A stretch of DNA of 64,000 nt from Rhodospirillales bacterium (GTDB lineage: Bacteria > Pseudomonadota > Alphaproteobacteria > Rhodospirillales > GLO-3). The notes under the pieces are model-generated. The model saw nothing but the letters and a program-made list of their open reading frames with translations, did no database searches and was not told where the DNA came from. Below are positions 1 to 9,079 of the stretch, in pieces. Position numbers and translations under genes: made by a program. The DNA lies in the NCBI GenBank assembly GCA_003354135.1, contig PIVK01000004.1, forward strand, positions 31,187 to 95,186, read 5' to 3'. Numbering within the stretch: the first letter of the stretch is position 1; every line of letters starts with the position of its first letter.

Positions 1-33
1 CGCAAGCGGTAAATCCGTGTAAAAGCACCGGCC

Positions 34-1203
34 ATGACGCTCATCACCACCACAGACCACTTGGCCGATTTCTGCCGGAGTCTCGACGGTGCCGACTACG
101 TTACTGTCGACACCGAATTCATGCGCGAGAAGACTTACTGGCCCAAGCTCTGCCTGGCCCAGGTGGCGGGACCGGGAGAAAGCGGCCCAGCAGCGGCCAT
201 CGATACCCTGGCGCCGGGAATCGACCTAAAGCCTCTGCTCGACCTCCTGGCCGATACATCGGTGCTCAAGGTCTTCCATGCCGCCCGCCAGGACATGGAG
301 ATCTTCTACCATCTCATGGGCCACCACGTGCCCGACCCCATCTTCGACACCCAGGTTGCGGCCATGGTCTGCGGCTTCGGAGACTCCGTGGGGTATGAGA
401 CCCTGGCCTCTAAACTGGCCAATGCCAAGGTCGACAAGTCGTCCCGTTTCACCGACTGGTCGCTCCGGCCGCTGTCCGAGCGTCAGGTGCACTACGCCTT
501 GGCCGACGTTACTCATCTCCGCATCGTTTACCAAAAACTCAGCAAGACGCTGGACGCCAACGGGCGAGTCGGCTGGCTGAACGAGGAGATGGCGACCCTG
601 ACCGCACCCGAAACCTATCAACTGGACCCGGACCGAGCCTTCAAACGCATCAAGGTCCGGAGCGCCAAGCCGCGCATGCTGGCGGTTCTGCGCGAATTGG
701 CGGCCTGGCGCGAACGCATGGCCCAGACCCGTGACCTGCCCCGCAACCGGGTGCTGCGCGATGAGGCCCTGGTCGAAATTGCTCATCACACCCCCAAGAC
801 GGTGGAGCAGTTAGGCCGCACCCGGGGCCTCGGCAAGCACATGGCCGAAGGCCATCAGGGACGCGAGATCCTGCAGGCCGTGAGCTGCGGCCTTGAGGTG
901 CCGGACGCCAATTGCCCCAGCCCCCCATCCCGCGATCCCCTGCCCCGGGGCCTGGGACCGATGACCGACTTGCTCAAGGTGCTGCTCAAGATGAAAAGCG
1001 AGGATGCCGGCGTGGCTCAAAAACTGGTCGGATCGGTCGCCGACGTGGAACAGATCGCGGCCTACGGGGAAGAAGCCGACGTTCCGGCGCTGCACGGATG
1101 GCGCCGGAACGTGTTCGGAGACGACGCGATCAAACTGCGTAAGGGCGAAATCGCACTCGCCGCCGACGGCGGCAAGGTCGAAGTGGTGGAATTGGTCGAC
1201 TAG
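34..1203 (+). CDS. rnd: Ribonuclease D (DEDD 3'-5' exoribonuclease with HRDC-like C-terminal part)
   Basis: 389-aa ORF starting at ATG 34. It has exonuclease motifs typical of RNase D: VTVDTEFMRE, HAARQDMEI and YALADVTHL. Confidence 0.9.
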   Translation: MTLITTTDHLADFCRSLDGADYVTVDTEFMREKTYWPKLCLAQVAGPGESGPAAAIDTLAPGIDLKPLLDLLADTSVLKVFHAARQDMEIFYHLMGHHVPDPIFDTQVAAMVCGFGDSVGYETLASKLANAKVDKSSRFTDWSLRPLSERQVHYALADVTHLRIVYQKLSKTLDANGRVGWLNEEMATLTAPETYQLDPDRAFKRIKVRSAKPRMLAVLRELAAWRERMAQTRDLPRNRVLRDEALVEIAHHTPKTVEQLGRTRGLGKHMAEGHQGREILQAVSCGLEVPDANCPSPPSRDPLPRGLGPMTDLLKVLLKMKSEDAGVAQKLVGSVADVEQIAAYGEEADVPALHGWRRNVFGDDAIKLRKGEIALAADGGKVEVVELVD

Positions 1204-1271
1204 CGTCCCGAATCCGAAGTTCGTATCATTATGGGGCAAGCGTTTTTCGAACTTAGAATTTGATCAGGACA

Positions 1272-2765
1272 CTAGACGATCTCATCGTCCAACCCCATGG
1301 AGCGGGCCAGCGTCCGGAAGCGACGTTCCACGGCCTCGCCGATGAACACCTCTCTCTCGTCCGGCAAGCGCAGCCGCAGCGTCCCGCCGTCGGTCTCCAG
1401 CGCCGTGCGCGGCAGCAGCCCCGGCGCACCGCCAGATACCGTGTTGGCGAGACGCAACGCTAAACCCAGCACGTTGGCCTTGGCCCGGCGCCCCTCGTCC
1501 AGCAGGTCGCGTACTGGCGCCACGAGGGAGGAATCCGGATCGCCGTTGTAGCGGACGAAGGTGCTGATGGCGAGGAACACCCGATCGGCGTGGGCAAGGC
1601 CTGCGAATGGCAGGCGAAGTGCGCGCTGGAAGGCGATCTCGGCCCGGGAGTCGGGATGTTCGGTCCAGCCCTGGTCACTGATCAGGCAGGCGGCCAGACG
1701 CATGCGGCGTTCCACCGGCGTTTCGTCGGGAAACAGCGGCGAAATCCAGTCCAGCAGCTCCCGGTCTCCGAAGGCGAACCGCCCGGTGCGCTCGGCCAGG
1801 GTCTCGCAGGCCGCAATCAGCGGGTCTTGGTCTCGCAATTCGGGAGCCAGAGACTTGAGCATCTGTCCCTCGCGCATGCCGAAGGCGGAGAACACAACTT
1901 CCTTAGGCCTGACGGCGTCCAGGAGCGCCCCCATGGCCTTGGCGGCGTAAGGCAGGGTCGGGAGGCGGCGACGGGCGACTCCGGGAATCTTCTCCAGCGA
2001 ACCCCGGCTCAGGCCGCCGATCAGGCGCACAAGCCTTGTCGTGTCATCCAAGGACACCGTGTAATTGTCGATCACGTGCAACGGGTATCCGGCCTGATCG
2101 AGGAAGATCCTGGCGATGGCACGCCAGGAACCGCCCACCGCATGGAAGGACCGCCCCCGGACGGTATCGAGCCAGGAAATCCTGGACATGTGTTTCTTGA
2201 TCTCCTCCGTGATGCCTTTGCCCCGTTGGTTGGCCATTCCGGCCAGGCGTAGGTGGCCCAGTGGCAAAGTGGCGTAGCGCCCGAAAGATCCACGATCCAG
2301 TTCCACCAGATCGAGACTCCCGCCGCCCAGGTCGCCCAGGATGCCGTCCGCCCCCGGAACCCCCGACAGCACGCCCAAGGCGGCCGAACGCGCCTCCTCC
2401 TCGCCCGAGAGCACCTGCACCGTCCTCCCAAACCGTTCCTGGACCGCAGAAGCGAATTCAGAACCGTCCTCGGCATCGCGCACCGCCGCCGTCGCCACCA
2501 TCTGCAGGCGTTCCACCCCCATGGCATTCGATAGGCTGATGAACCGGGTCAGCGACTTCATGGCCAGGTCCACGCCCCCAGGGTTGAGGCAGCCGGTTTC
2601 GTTCAACATCAGGCCCAATTCGCACTGGGCCTTTTCGTTGAAGATGGGGAACGGCAGACGCGTCGGGGTGTCGTAGACCACCAGGCGCACGGTGTTGGAC
2701 CCGATGTCGATAACGCCGACCCGGCCCATGCCGTCATGGTTGCTGGTTAAAGGTTGGGAAGACAT
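1272..2765 (-). CDS. ppx: Ppx/GppA-family exopolyphosphatase / guanosine pentaphosphate phosphohydrolase
   Basis: The ORF carries the N-terminal sugar-kinase/actin-fold signature GVIDIGSNTVRLVVYD and DLGGGSLDLV. The start is uncertain: GTG 2834, ATG 2765 or ATG 2729. Confidence 0.8.
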   Translation of the reverse strand: MSSQPLTSNHDGMGRVGVIDIGSNTVRLVVYDTPTRLPFPIFNEKAQCELGLMLNETGCLNPGGVDLAMKSLTRFISLSNAMGVERLQMVATAAVRDAEDGSEFASAVQERFGRTVQVLSGEEEARSAALGVLSGVPGADGILGDLGGGSLDLVELDRGSFGRYATLPLGHLRLAGMANQRGKGITEEIKKHMSRISWLDTVRGRSFHAVGGSWRAIARIFLDQAGYPLHVIDNYTVSLDDTTRLVRLIGGLSRGSLEKIPGVARRRLPTLPYAAKAMGALLDAVRPKEVVFSAFGMREGQMLKSLAPELRDQDPLIAACETLAERTGRFAFGDRELLDWISPLFPDETPVERRMRLAACLISDQGWTEHPDSRAEIAFQRALRLPFAGLAHADRVFLAISTFVRYNGDPDSSLVAPVRDLLDEGRRAKANVLGLALRLANTVSGGAPGLLPRTALETDGGTLRLRLPDEREVFIGEAVERRFRTLARSMGLDDEIV

Positions 2766-2891
2766 CACGAAACTGGTATTTCCCGTAAGGAACCACTGGG
2801 CTAGACTGCTGGGCCTGGAACGCGAAGCTGCCACAGGGACGGGAGAGATTCAACTCCGGCCCGCCCTTCCACTCTGAATCGGAGGCCCCGC

Positions 2892-3413
2892 TTGAAGATC
2901 CTCTACTTGCTGCGACACGCCAAGTCCAGCTGGAGCGACCTGAACCTGGAGGATTTAGACCGCCCGCTGACCGGACGGGGGCGCAAGGCAGCCAAGGCCA
3001 TGGCTGCCTTCCTCAAGCGTGAGGGCATGTGCCCGGCGGTGGTTTTATGCTCGACCGCCAAACGCACCCGCCAGACATTGAAACGCATCCGCCCGGCCCT
3101 GGACGAAGGCGTGGAAGTCAGGATCGATGAGCGGCTCTACTTGGCCGGGCCGGCGGAAATCCTGGGACTCCTGGGCGAGTTGGAGGATTCCGTGCCGTCG
3201 GCTATGGTCATCGGCCACAACCCGGGCCTGGAGGAACTGGCACTGACCCTGCTGGGCAGCGGCGAGGCCGCGGCGGCCCGGGACATAAAGGCCAAGTTCC
3301 CGACCGGTGCGCTGGCCATGCTGACGTCCGGCGCGGCGTGCTGGCAGGACCTGGAGCCTGGGACGCTGCACCTGGAATCCTTCGTCAAGCCCAAAGACCT
3401 GGAAAACGCATGA
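2892..3413 (+). CDS. Histidine phosphatase family protein (SixA-like phosphohistidine phosphatase)
   Basis: The N-terminus LYLLRHAKSSW carries the RHG-type catalytic motif, and HNPGLEEL lies near the C-terminal third. The start is TTG 2892, with GGAGG 6 nt upstream. Confidence 0.75.
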   Translation: MKILYLLRHAKSSWSDLNLEDLDRPLTGRGRKAAKAMAAFLKREGMCPAVVLCSTAKRTRQTLKRIRPALDEGVEVRIDERLYLAGPAEILGLLGELEDSVPSAMVIGHNPGLEELALTLLGSGEAAAARDIKAKFPTGALAMLTSGAACWQDLEPGTLHLESFVKPKDLENA

Positions 3414-3427
3414 ATCCCAAGCCCCAT

Positions 3428-3483
3428 TCGTGACCCACATCACTGTATTCCCACCTCGTGACCCACATCACTGTATTCCCACC
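3428..3483. repeat. Perfect tandem duplication, 2 x 28 bp (TCGTGACCCACATCACTGTATTCCCACC)
   Basis: Copies at 3428-3455 and 3456-3483 are identical when read directly. They lie in the 135-nt gap between the sixA-like stop and the tadG-like start. Confidence 0.95.
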
Positions 3484-3548
3484 AGATATTCCTTAGAGTT
3501 GAATGATAAACGCGATATATTTTCCTTTGATCAACGAGGGTAACGCGC

Positions 3549-4808
3549 ATGCGAGACAATAGGAAACCCCTGCAGCGACCAGTCCGGCGCCTTGCCCGTG
3601 ACGAGCGCGGCGGAATCGTTATCATGTTCGCCCTACTCTTCCCCGTTTTTTCCGGCATGGTGGCGCTCAGCATTGACATCGGAAGCTGGTACGCCGACAA
3701 GCGGGCGCTGCAAAGTGCAGCGGATTCCGGCGCGATAGCGGCGGCTTTTGAGTTGTGGGACGGGACCGGCTCCGCCGTCATGGAAAATGCCGCCCGGACC
3801 GAGGCCAAGCGCAACGGCTACGATTCCACCAACGGGACCTTTTCCATCATTCTCGACTATTACGGCGACAGCACCGGGGTCGAGGTTTCCCTCAGCCAAC
3901 CCGGAAAGACCTTCCTTGTTAACGTTCTGCTGCCCAACCTCTCGGTTACGATCAATGCGCGGGCAGTAGCCAGGCTGTCCACTGTGGACCAGGCCTGCGT
4001 GCTGACGCTTGCCGAGACAGGAACGGCAATCACTATAGCCGGTGGAGGCGTCCAGCTGGAGGGGTGCGGGTTGATGGCCAATTCGACGGCCGAACCGGCC
4101 ATCACGTCGGGGCGTACGTCTCTAGACGCGGATTGCGTAAGGGCGGTCGGGGGCATCGAGCTAGGAAACGATACGGAGCTGGATTGCGGGGCGGCCGTTT
4201 CCGGGACCCGAGCTCAGAAAGACCCCTTCGCTGATGTGATGGCCCCCACAATGCCGGGAGGCGCCTGCCAGGATGCGAACACGGATATCAGCAACGGCCG
4301 CTTGAAACCGAATGTGCGTTACTGCAAAGGTATGAAGCATACTAACGCTGGCGGTGATGTAGTGTTGGATCCCGGGACTTACTATTTCGACGGTGGCGAC
4401 ATCAGTATTACTGGTGGCTCCTTCACGGGCAGTAACGTAACAATCATTCTCGGAACTTCGACCGGAGAGGATGCGGCCAGTATAAGTGTTACGGGCCAAG
4501 GCGACGTGGAGCTTACCGCCCCCAGTTCAGGAACCTATGCCGGAATCCTATTCTACCAAGACGGCAACCCGCAATCGAATAAAAAAGTGCAGTTCGTTGG
4601 ACAGAGCCACATGAGCCTGTCAGGCGTGCTCTATTTCCCCAACTCGACGGTCGAGTTCTCTGGCGGCAGTTCGCTCTCGGCACCGGATTGTACCCAGATC
4701 GTGTCAAATAGGCTCAGCTTCACGGGGGTAGCTCACCTGAAAGCAGATTGCGAAAGCTTAGGTCTCGACGACGGGATGGCCATCTTGGGCGTCCGGATCG
4801 TAGAATAG
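3549..4808 (+). CDS. TadG-like Flp-pilus assembly protein (TadE/G-like N-terminal domain)
   Basis: The N-terminus RDERGGIVIMFALLFPVFSGMVALSIDIGSWY is typical of the TadE/TadG pseudopilin-like family. The C-terminal half is Gly/Ser/Thr-rich and beta-rich. GAGGG lies 8 nt upstream of the ATG. Confidence 0.75.
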   Translation: MRDNRKPLQRPVRRLARDERGGIVIMFALLFPVFSGMVALSIDIGSWYADKRALQSAADSGAIAAAFELWDGTGSAVMENAARTEAKRNGYDSTNGTFSIILDYYGDSTGVEVSLSQPGKTFLVNVLLPNLSVTINARAVARLSTVDQACVLTLAETGTAITIAGGGVQLEGCGLMANSTAEPAITSGRTSLDADCVRAVGGIELGNDTELDCGAAVSGTRAQKDPFADVMAPTMPGGACQDANTDISNGRLKPNVRYCKGMKHTNAGGDVVLDPGTYYFDGGDISITGGSFTGSNVTIILGTSTGEDAASISVTGQGDVELTAPSSGTYAGILFYQDGNPQSNKKVQFVGQSHMSLSGVLYFPNSTVEFSGGSSLSAPDCTQIVSNRLSFTGVAHLKADCESLGLDDGMAILGVRIVE

Positions 4809-4837
4809 AGGGGGGGAGGACCCTGCGGAGGTACGCC

Positions 4838-5293
4838 ATGGCACCCGGACGGATAAAACGGTACGGAACAGGGCTCTTAGGCATGCTGCGGGCATTCGTA
4901 CGCTGCCAACGGGGGCTGGCGGCGATCGAGTTTGCGTTGCTGTCCACCATCCTGCTTACCGTCCTTATGGGCCTGGTCGATTACGGCATGGCCATGTTCC
5001 GCAAGATCGAGCTGGAAAATGCCGTGCGCTCCGGCGCACAATACGCCCTCCTCAGAGGTCATGATTCCTCCGTCATCAGCACCGTCGTCAAGGATTCGAC
5101 CAATCTTTCCGACGTCACCGTGTCCTCGGTCTGCCTCTGCACGGACCCGGCGGGTAACAGTAACAACTGCACGAATTCGGCCTGCAGCGGCCTGGCATGG
5201 TACGTCACCATCACGGCAGCCAACACCTTCGACACCTTTTTCCTGCCCGCCGACATCGACCTGAGCGAGAGCCTCACAATACGGATCCAATAG
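4838..5293 (+). CDS. TadE-like pilus assembly protein
   Basis: Contains the TadE signature GLAAIEFALLSTILLTVLMGLVDYG. I placed the start at ATG 4838, inside the longer ORF 4748-5293. Confidence 0.7.
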   Translation: MAPGRIKRYGTGLLGMLRAFVRCQRGLAAIEFALLSTILLTVLMGLVDYGMAMFRKIELENAVRSGAQYALLRGHDSSVISTVVKDSTNLSDVTVSSVCLCTDPAGNSNNCTNSACSGLAWYVTITAANTFDTFFLPADIDLSESLTIRIQ

Positions 5294-5296
5294 GCC

Positions 5297-5734
5297 ATGA
5301 GACCAACGGCAAAGCAAAATCGGACAGGTTGCCCCCGCATTCTCGGGCGACTCCGCGCCTGCCGGCTGGGCGCGGCGGCCATTGAGTTCGCGCTGGTCAT
5401 GCCCATCTTCTTCGTCATGGTGCTGGGAATCATGGAGGTGGCCCGGGCCATGTGGATCAAGAGCACGCTCCAGTGGGCTGTCGAGCAGACGACCCGCTAC
5501 GCGCTCGCCAATCCAACCGCCAATGTCGACGACCTGGAGACCTATGCCGTCAACCGGGCGACCCACCTGAATGGGGCCGGTCCCGACAATTTCACCGTGG
5601 TGACCCCAAGCCCATTAAATGGCGTACACTTCGTCGAGATCACGGCGAGCTACGCCTTCACCACCCTGATGCCCATTACCGCCTTGCCCGACATGACCTT
5701 GACGGCGAAATCCAAGTTTCCGCGGAACGATTAG
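5297..5734 (+). CDS. TadE-like pilus assembly protein (second copy)
   Basis: Contains GAAAIEFALVMPIFFVMVLGIMEVARAMW. It follows the previous gene after 3 nt. Confidence 0.7.
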   Translation: MRPTAKQNRTGCPRILGRLRACRLGAAAIEFALVMPIFFVMVLGIMEVARAMWIKSTLQWAVEQTTRYALANPTANVDDLETYAVNRATHLNGAGPDNFTVVTPSPLNGVHFVEITASYAFTTLMPITALPDMTLTAKSKFPRND

Positions 5735-5849
5735 AGGGCAGTACCATGGCGAGCGTTGGCAGAATAGTATTGATCATCCTCCATCCATTTGGGACAGTTG
5801 TCCACTCGGATGACATAAGAGACCGTCAGAACCGTTCTGGAGTAGGCAC

Positions 5850-6806
5850 ATGAAAGTCCTCATCGTTGGTATTTTGGTGCTTACCCTCGGCGTCGCTGCC
5901 GTCAGCACCTACCTGATTAAGAGCTTCCAGACGCCCGAAGCGTTGGAGCACCTGGAAAAACAGAAGGCGACGCCCAAGAAGTTCGTCCTGGTGGCCGCCA
6001 GAGACCTGCCGGTGGGACACACCATCGTAGACGCGGACATAACTTGGCAGGCCTGGATTGATGAGGCCCTGCGGCCCGAATACGTGGTTCGCCAGGAAGG
6101 CGGCGGCGGGCCCGAAACGGACCTCTCCGAGACCGTGATCGGCAGTCTCGTGCGCCTGGGATTTGTCGCCGGTGAACCCTTGACGTCCGGCAAGCTGTTC
6201 AAGCGGGACCAGCCCGGTTTCCTCGCTGGTATGCTGACCCCGGGGATGCGGCCATTCGTCATCAAGGTGTCGGCAAACACAGCGGCGGCAGGCTTCATCT
6301 TTCCCGGTGATCGGGTCGACGTGGCTCTCACCCATAGCCAGGCCAATCAGCTCATTGACCCCAAAACGCGCCGCGAGGGCCCACCGTACCTTGCGTACCT
6401 GACGGAAACCATTCTACCTGACAAGAAGGTCCTGGTGATCGGCCAACAGGTCACCGACTTCAAGGGTCAGGCCGTCACGGTGCCTTCCATCACCATCGAG
6501 GTCACTCCGAAAGAGTACGAAATTCTGTCGGTCGCCGGCAAGATGGGGGCCCTGTCCCTAGCGCTCCGCAGCCTCGACCAACCGGCCGCCTCGGAAGACC
6601 GGCCCGAGGATGAGAGGTTCACCACCGACGTCGAGGTCAGCCCCTTCCTGAGAAACCTTTGGGCGCGCAGAAAGAGCCAGTTGGAAGAGGAGGCGGAAGA
6701 CGAGGCGGAAGACGAGGCGGAAGCGCCGGTGGCGCCCCCCATCACGGTCTACCGCGGCCAAGCCCAGGCGACCGAGGAAATCACCGAGGAAATCACCGAG
6801 GAGTAG
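5850..6806 (+). CDS. cpaB: Flp pilus assembly protein CpaB with an acidic repeat tail
   Basis: An N-terminal transmembrane helix (MKVLIVGILVLTLGVAAVSTYLI) is followed by a CpaB/SAF-like core. The C-terminus carries EAEDEAEDEAEA and EEITEEITEE repeats. Confidence 0.75.
   Translation: MKVLIVGILVLTLGVAAVSTYLIKSFQTPEALEHLEKQKATPKKFVLVAARDLPVGHTIVDADITWQAWIDEALRPEYVVRQEGGGGPETDLSETVIGSLVRLGFVAGEPLTSGKLFKRDQPGFLAGMLTPGMRPFVIKVSANTAAAGFIFPGDRVDVALTHSQANQLIDPKTRREGPPYLAYLTETILPDKKVLVIGQQVTDFKGQAVTVPSITIEVTPKEYEILSVAGKMGALSLALRSLDQPAASEDRPEDERFTTDVEVSPFLRNLWARRKSQLEEEAEDEAEDEAEAPVAPPITVYRGQAQATEEITEEITEE
6690..6797 (+). repeat. In-frame short tandem repeats inside the cpaB 3' end
   Basis: GAGGCGGAAGAC occurs twice plus a partial third copy (6690-6725). 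GAGGAAATCACC occurs twice (6774-6797). Confidence 0.9.
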
Positions 6807-6821
6807 GGCCTGGAGCATGAT

Positions 6822-6861
6822 CGACATAAACCGGGCCATTGCCGTGACTTGGTTTATGTCG
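6822..6861. repeat. Hairpin with an 11-bp perfect stem (CGACATAAACC / GGTTTATGTCG) and an 18-nt loop
   Basis: Read directly. It lies 16 nt after the cpaB stop. The arm sequence resembles the arm of the next hairpin. Confidence 0.8.
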
Positions 6862-6900
6862 TGAATCGTCAGCTATCTCAAAAGGACAGAGCGGATTTAT

Positions 6901-6939
6901 GTGACAAACCGGAGCCATCTTATGGCTCCGGTTTGTCAC
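6901..6939. terminator. Probable bidirectional terminator hairpin between convergent cpaB and the hemerythrin-like gene
   Basis: A 16-bp perfect stem (GTGACAAACCGGAGCC / GGCTCCGGTTTGTCAC) with a 7-nt loop. There is no clear U-tract, so the terminator function is inferred from position. Confidence 0.55.
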
Positions 6940-6951
6940 GATCCACTTGCA

Positions 6952-7383
6952 TCAGGGGGCCAATCTCAGGCCGCTCTCCCGCGCCTCGGCGAAGTCCTCG
7001 ATAGCCTTGTCCGCCTCCTCCATGTGGTTAACCAGCCAGTCGTCGATGAAGCAGCGGATGACATAAGCGTTGGAACGGCTGGGATTGTTTCGATAGCTGC
7101 GGCGGAAATCGTCCAATGTCCCGACGAGAACCGTATGTTGATCTTTATGGACATCCGCCGACGGGTAGGCAATGCGCCGCATCCAATCCTCCTCCTTGCG
7201 GAAATGCTTGTTCACCTCGTCTGAGAGAACTCCCAAGGCCTCGTCGAATCCGCGCACATCGTGCTCGGACTCTCCCAAGACGACGTCGAGCGCGCAAACA
7301 CAGTCGCCGAGCCGCTCATGGTCACGGGCGAGGGACGCCATCAGGCGATCCCTGTCCTTGGTTGATTGTGCGCCCTGCGGCAT
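6952..7383 (-). CDS. Hemerythrin-like metal-binding domain protein (bacteriohemerythrin family)
   Basis: Shows the His/Glu spacing typical of hemerythrin domains: HFRKEEDWM, DVHKDQH and WLVNHMEEAD. I placed the start at ATG 7383, which is preceded by AAGGAGAAGG. Confidence 0.75.
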   Translation of the reverse strand: MPQGAQSTKDRDRLMASLARDHERLGDCVCALDVVLGESEHDVRGFDEALGVLSDEVNKHFRKEEDWMRRIAYPSADVHKDQHTVLVGTLDDFRRSYRNNPSRSNAYVIRCFIDDWLVNHMEEADKAIEDFAEARESGLRLAP

Positions 7384-7554
7384 GGCCTTCTCCTTGCGTT
7401 GATTACCCGTTTTTGTTCGCACAGCCTCATTCACAGATTGGGGCTTTAACCCGCCGCGTCAACCCCTGGCTCTAAATTTTTCCGAAATTTCCATCGCGAA
7501 ACGAAAAGCGCCGGGAGAAGACAGCTCTTCTCCCGGCGACGGCCCGTCGCCACC

Positions 7555-7962
7555 CTACTCCGCCGTATCCGGCACCATATCCACGTCATCGGGCGATGCG
7601 TATTCTATGTATTCGCCGTCACCCTTGAGATCGACGATCATGATCGGGCCCTCGATGTGGTGCTCGGGGTCCGGGTTGGTGTTGAGGTAGTTCCAAACAT
7701 AACACGCGGCGAGAATCTCATTGGGACTGGCGTCACCGGCAGCGCCCCGCTTCATGTAGGCCTCCAGCACCTTCTGCGCCTTCTGGATCTCGGTTTCCGA
7801 ATAGCGTCTCTCGTAGGGCATGTGCCGGCTGAACTGCTCGAACAGGTCGTCCGGAACTTGGAAGTCGGCGACAGAGCCGCCGAAAAAGTAACTTACGGTC
7901 CTCATGGCTCTCATGATCCGGTTGGCGTCATCTGTGGCGCGCCACTTTAGTGCCTCCGGCAA
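7555..7962 (-). CDS. Hypothetical protein
   Basis: A 135-aa ORF with protein-like composition and no recognised motif. The start is TTG 7962 or an internal ATG. Confidence 0.4.
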   Translation of the reverse strand: MPEALKWRATDDANRIMRAMRTVSYFFGGSVADFQVPDDLFEQFSRHMPYERRYSETEIQKAQKVLEAYMKRGAAGDASPNEILAACYVWNYLNTNPDPEHHIEGPIMIVDLKGDGEYIEYASPDDVDMVPDTAE

Positions 7963-8042
7963 AGAAGAGAAACCGTTTCCTGATCCAGCGCATGCGCATT
8001 ATGATGCCCCTGTCGCCAGGAACTGTCCTTGAGGTTCTGCCC

Positions 8043-8258
8043 ATGACTACCTATCGTCGGCTCAGCGACACGATCGTCGACGCCCACACCATCGCCTGTT
8101 CCGGGAAACGCCAGGACATTGCCGAAGTTCTGTTGCGCGCCCTGGAGTTGGAACTTCAGATCCTGGGCTCCTATAAAAGCGAGGAACGGCGATCCATGGA
8201 ACTTCAGGAAGAGGCTTTCGTGCGCCATAACCGGGCCTTCCCGAACAGCCACCTTTGA
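8043..8258 (+). CDS. Hypothetical small protein (71 aa)
   Basis: ATG 8043 has GAGG 7 nt upstream. No motif was recognised. Confidence 0.3.
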   Translation: MTTYRRLSDTIVDAHTIACSGKRQDIAEVLLRALELELQILGSYKSEERRSMELQEEAFVRHNRAFPNSHL

Positions 8259-8404
8259 TCGGTCCCCGGCAATAATTGGCTCGGGCGCCCCCCCTTCTTG
8301 ATCGTACACACTCGATCCGCAGAACGGCCGTGTTTAAGGGCGATTGGTATTATCCGTGCAGAATCGAATTGCGGCTGCGTCCGGCGAATCCGCGTTTTCG
8401 GGAC

Positions 8405-9079
8405 TTATTCCGTCATAACGTTACGAACGAAGGGCACGGTGATGTTGCGGTGCTCGGCCAGCGCGGCGAGGTCGATGGCTTCGACCCACCGCCCGGCGGC
8501 GACGAACGAACGTTCCATGCGCGCCACCATGTAGGGCACCACATCGGCATCCACACGCAGCTGGCGGTCGGCAAACAGTTTGACCAGCACGGCCGCGAGC
8601 AGACCGTCGTCCGGGGCATGGATGGCCACGGTGGGAACGGCATTGAGGCGGGACGCCAAATCCTTCAACCCGATACGCCAGCGCGCCGCCGGCTGGCGGG
8701 CGCTCAGCACCAAATGTTTCCCCGCCTCCCGCGCCAGGTTGTAGAGATGCAGCAGCGCTTCGGCCAGGCCGGCCTCCGGCAGTGCCTCGGCGTCGTCGAT
8801 CACGCAGGCATTCACATCGTCAAGCAGAGCCGGTGGCTCGATCAAGCGGAGTTGTTCGGCCGAGACCTCCCGCGCACCGCTCTTTGCCATGAAAACCCGG
8901 AGCAGGTGGGTCTTGCCGCATCCAGCAGGCCCGTGGATGACCAGGGCCGGTGCCGGCCAGTCGGGCCAGCGGTCGAGCCAGGTCACCGCCTCGCGGTTGC
9001 TATCGGCAACCAGGAAATCCGCCGCCGACAAGGCCGGCCGGTGTTCGAATTCCAAGGTGAACTGGCGCTGCCGGCTCAC
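8405..9079 (-). CDS. hda: DnaA regulatory inactivator Hda (HdaA)
   Basis: Carries a AAA+ Walker A motif in a typical Hda context (LVIHGPAGCGKTHLL, then DDAE). GTG 9079 forms a GTGA overlap with the upstream gene's stop. The long N-terminal part of ORF 8405-9559 is rejected. Confidence 0.8.
   Translation of the reverse strand: MSRQRQFTLEFEHRPALSAADFLVADSNREAVTWLDRWPDWPAPALVIHGPAGCGKTHLLRVFMAKSGAREVSAEQLRLIEPPALLDDVNACVIDDAEALPEAGLAEALLHLYNLAREAGKHLVLSARQPAARWRIGLKDLASRLNAVPTVAIHAPDDGLLAAVLVKLFADRQLRVDADVVPYMVARMERSFVAAGRWVEAIDLAALAEHRNITVPFVRNVMTE

Noticed and set aside
226-789. Long antisense or out-of-frame ORFs overlapping confidently recognised genes. Examples: 226-789 (-), 8276-9121 (+), 9241-10197 (+), 30288-31868 (+), 36243-37277 (+), 42090-43505 (+), 51837-52916 (+) and 60095-60943 (-).
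   Set aside because: They are typical shadow ORFs of high-GC DNA. Their composition is Arg/Pro/Gly/His-rich and low in complexity, they carry no motifs, and each lies fully inside a gene with clear family signatures on the other strand or frame.
3428-3483. Possible CRISPR array or minisatellite.
   Set aside because: There are only two identical, directly abutting copies with no spacers. No repeat-spacer architecture exists anywhere in the window.
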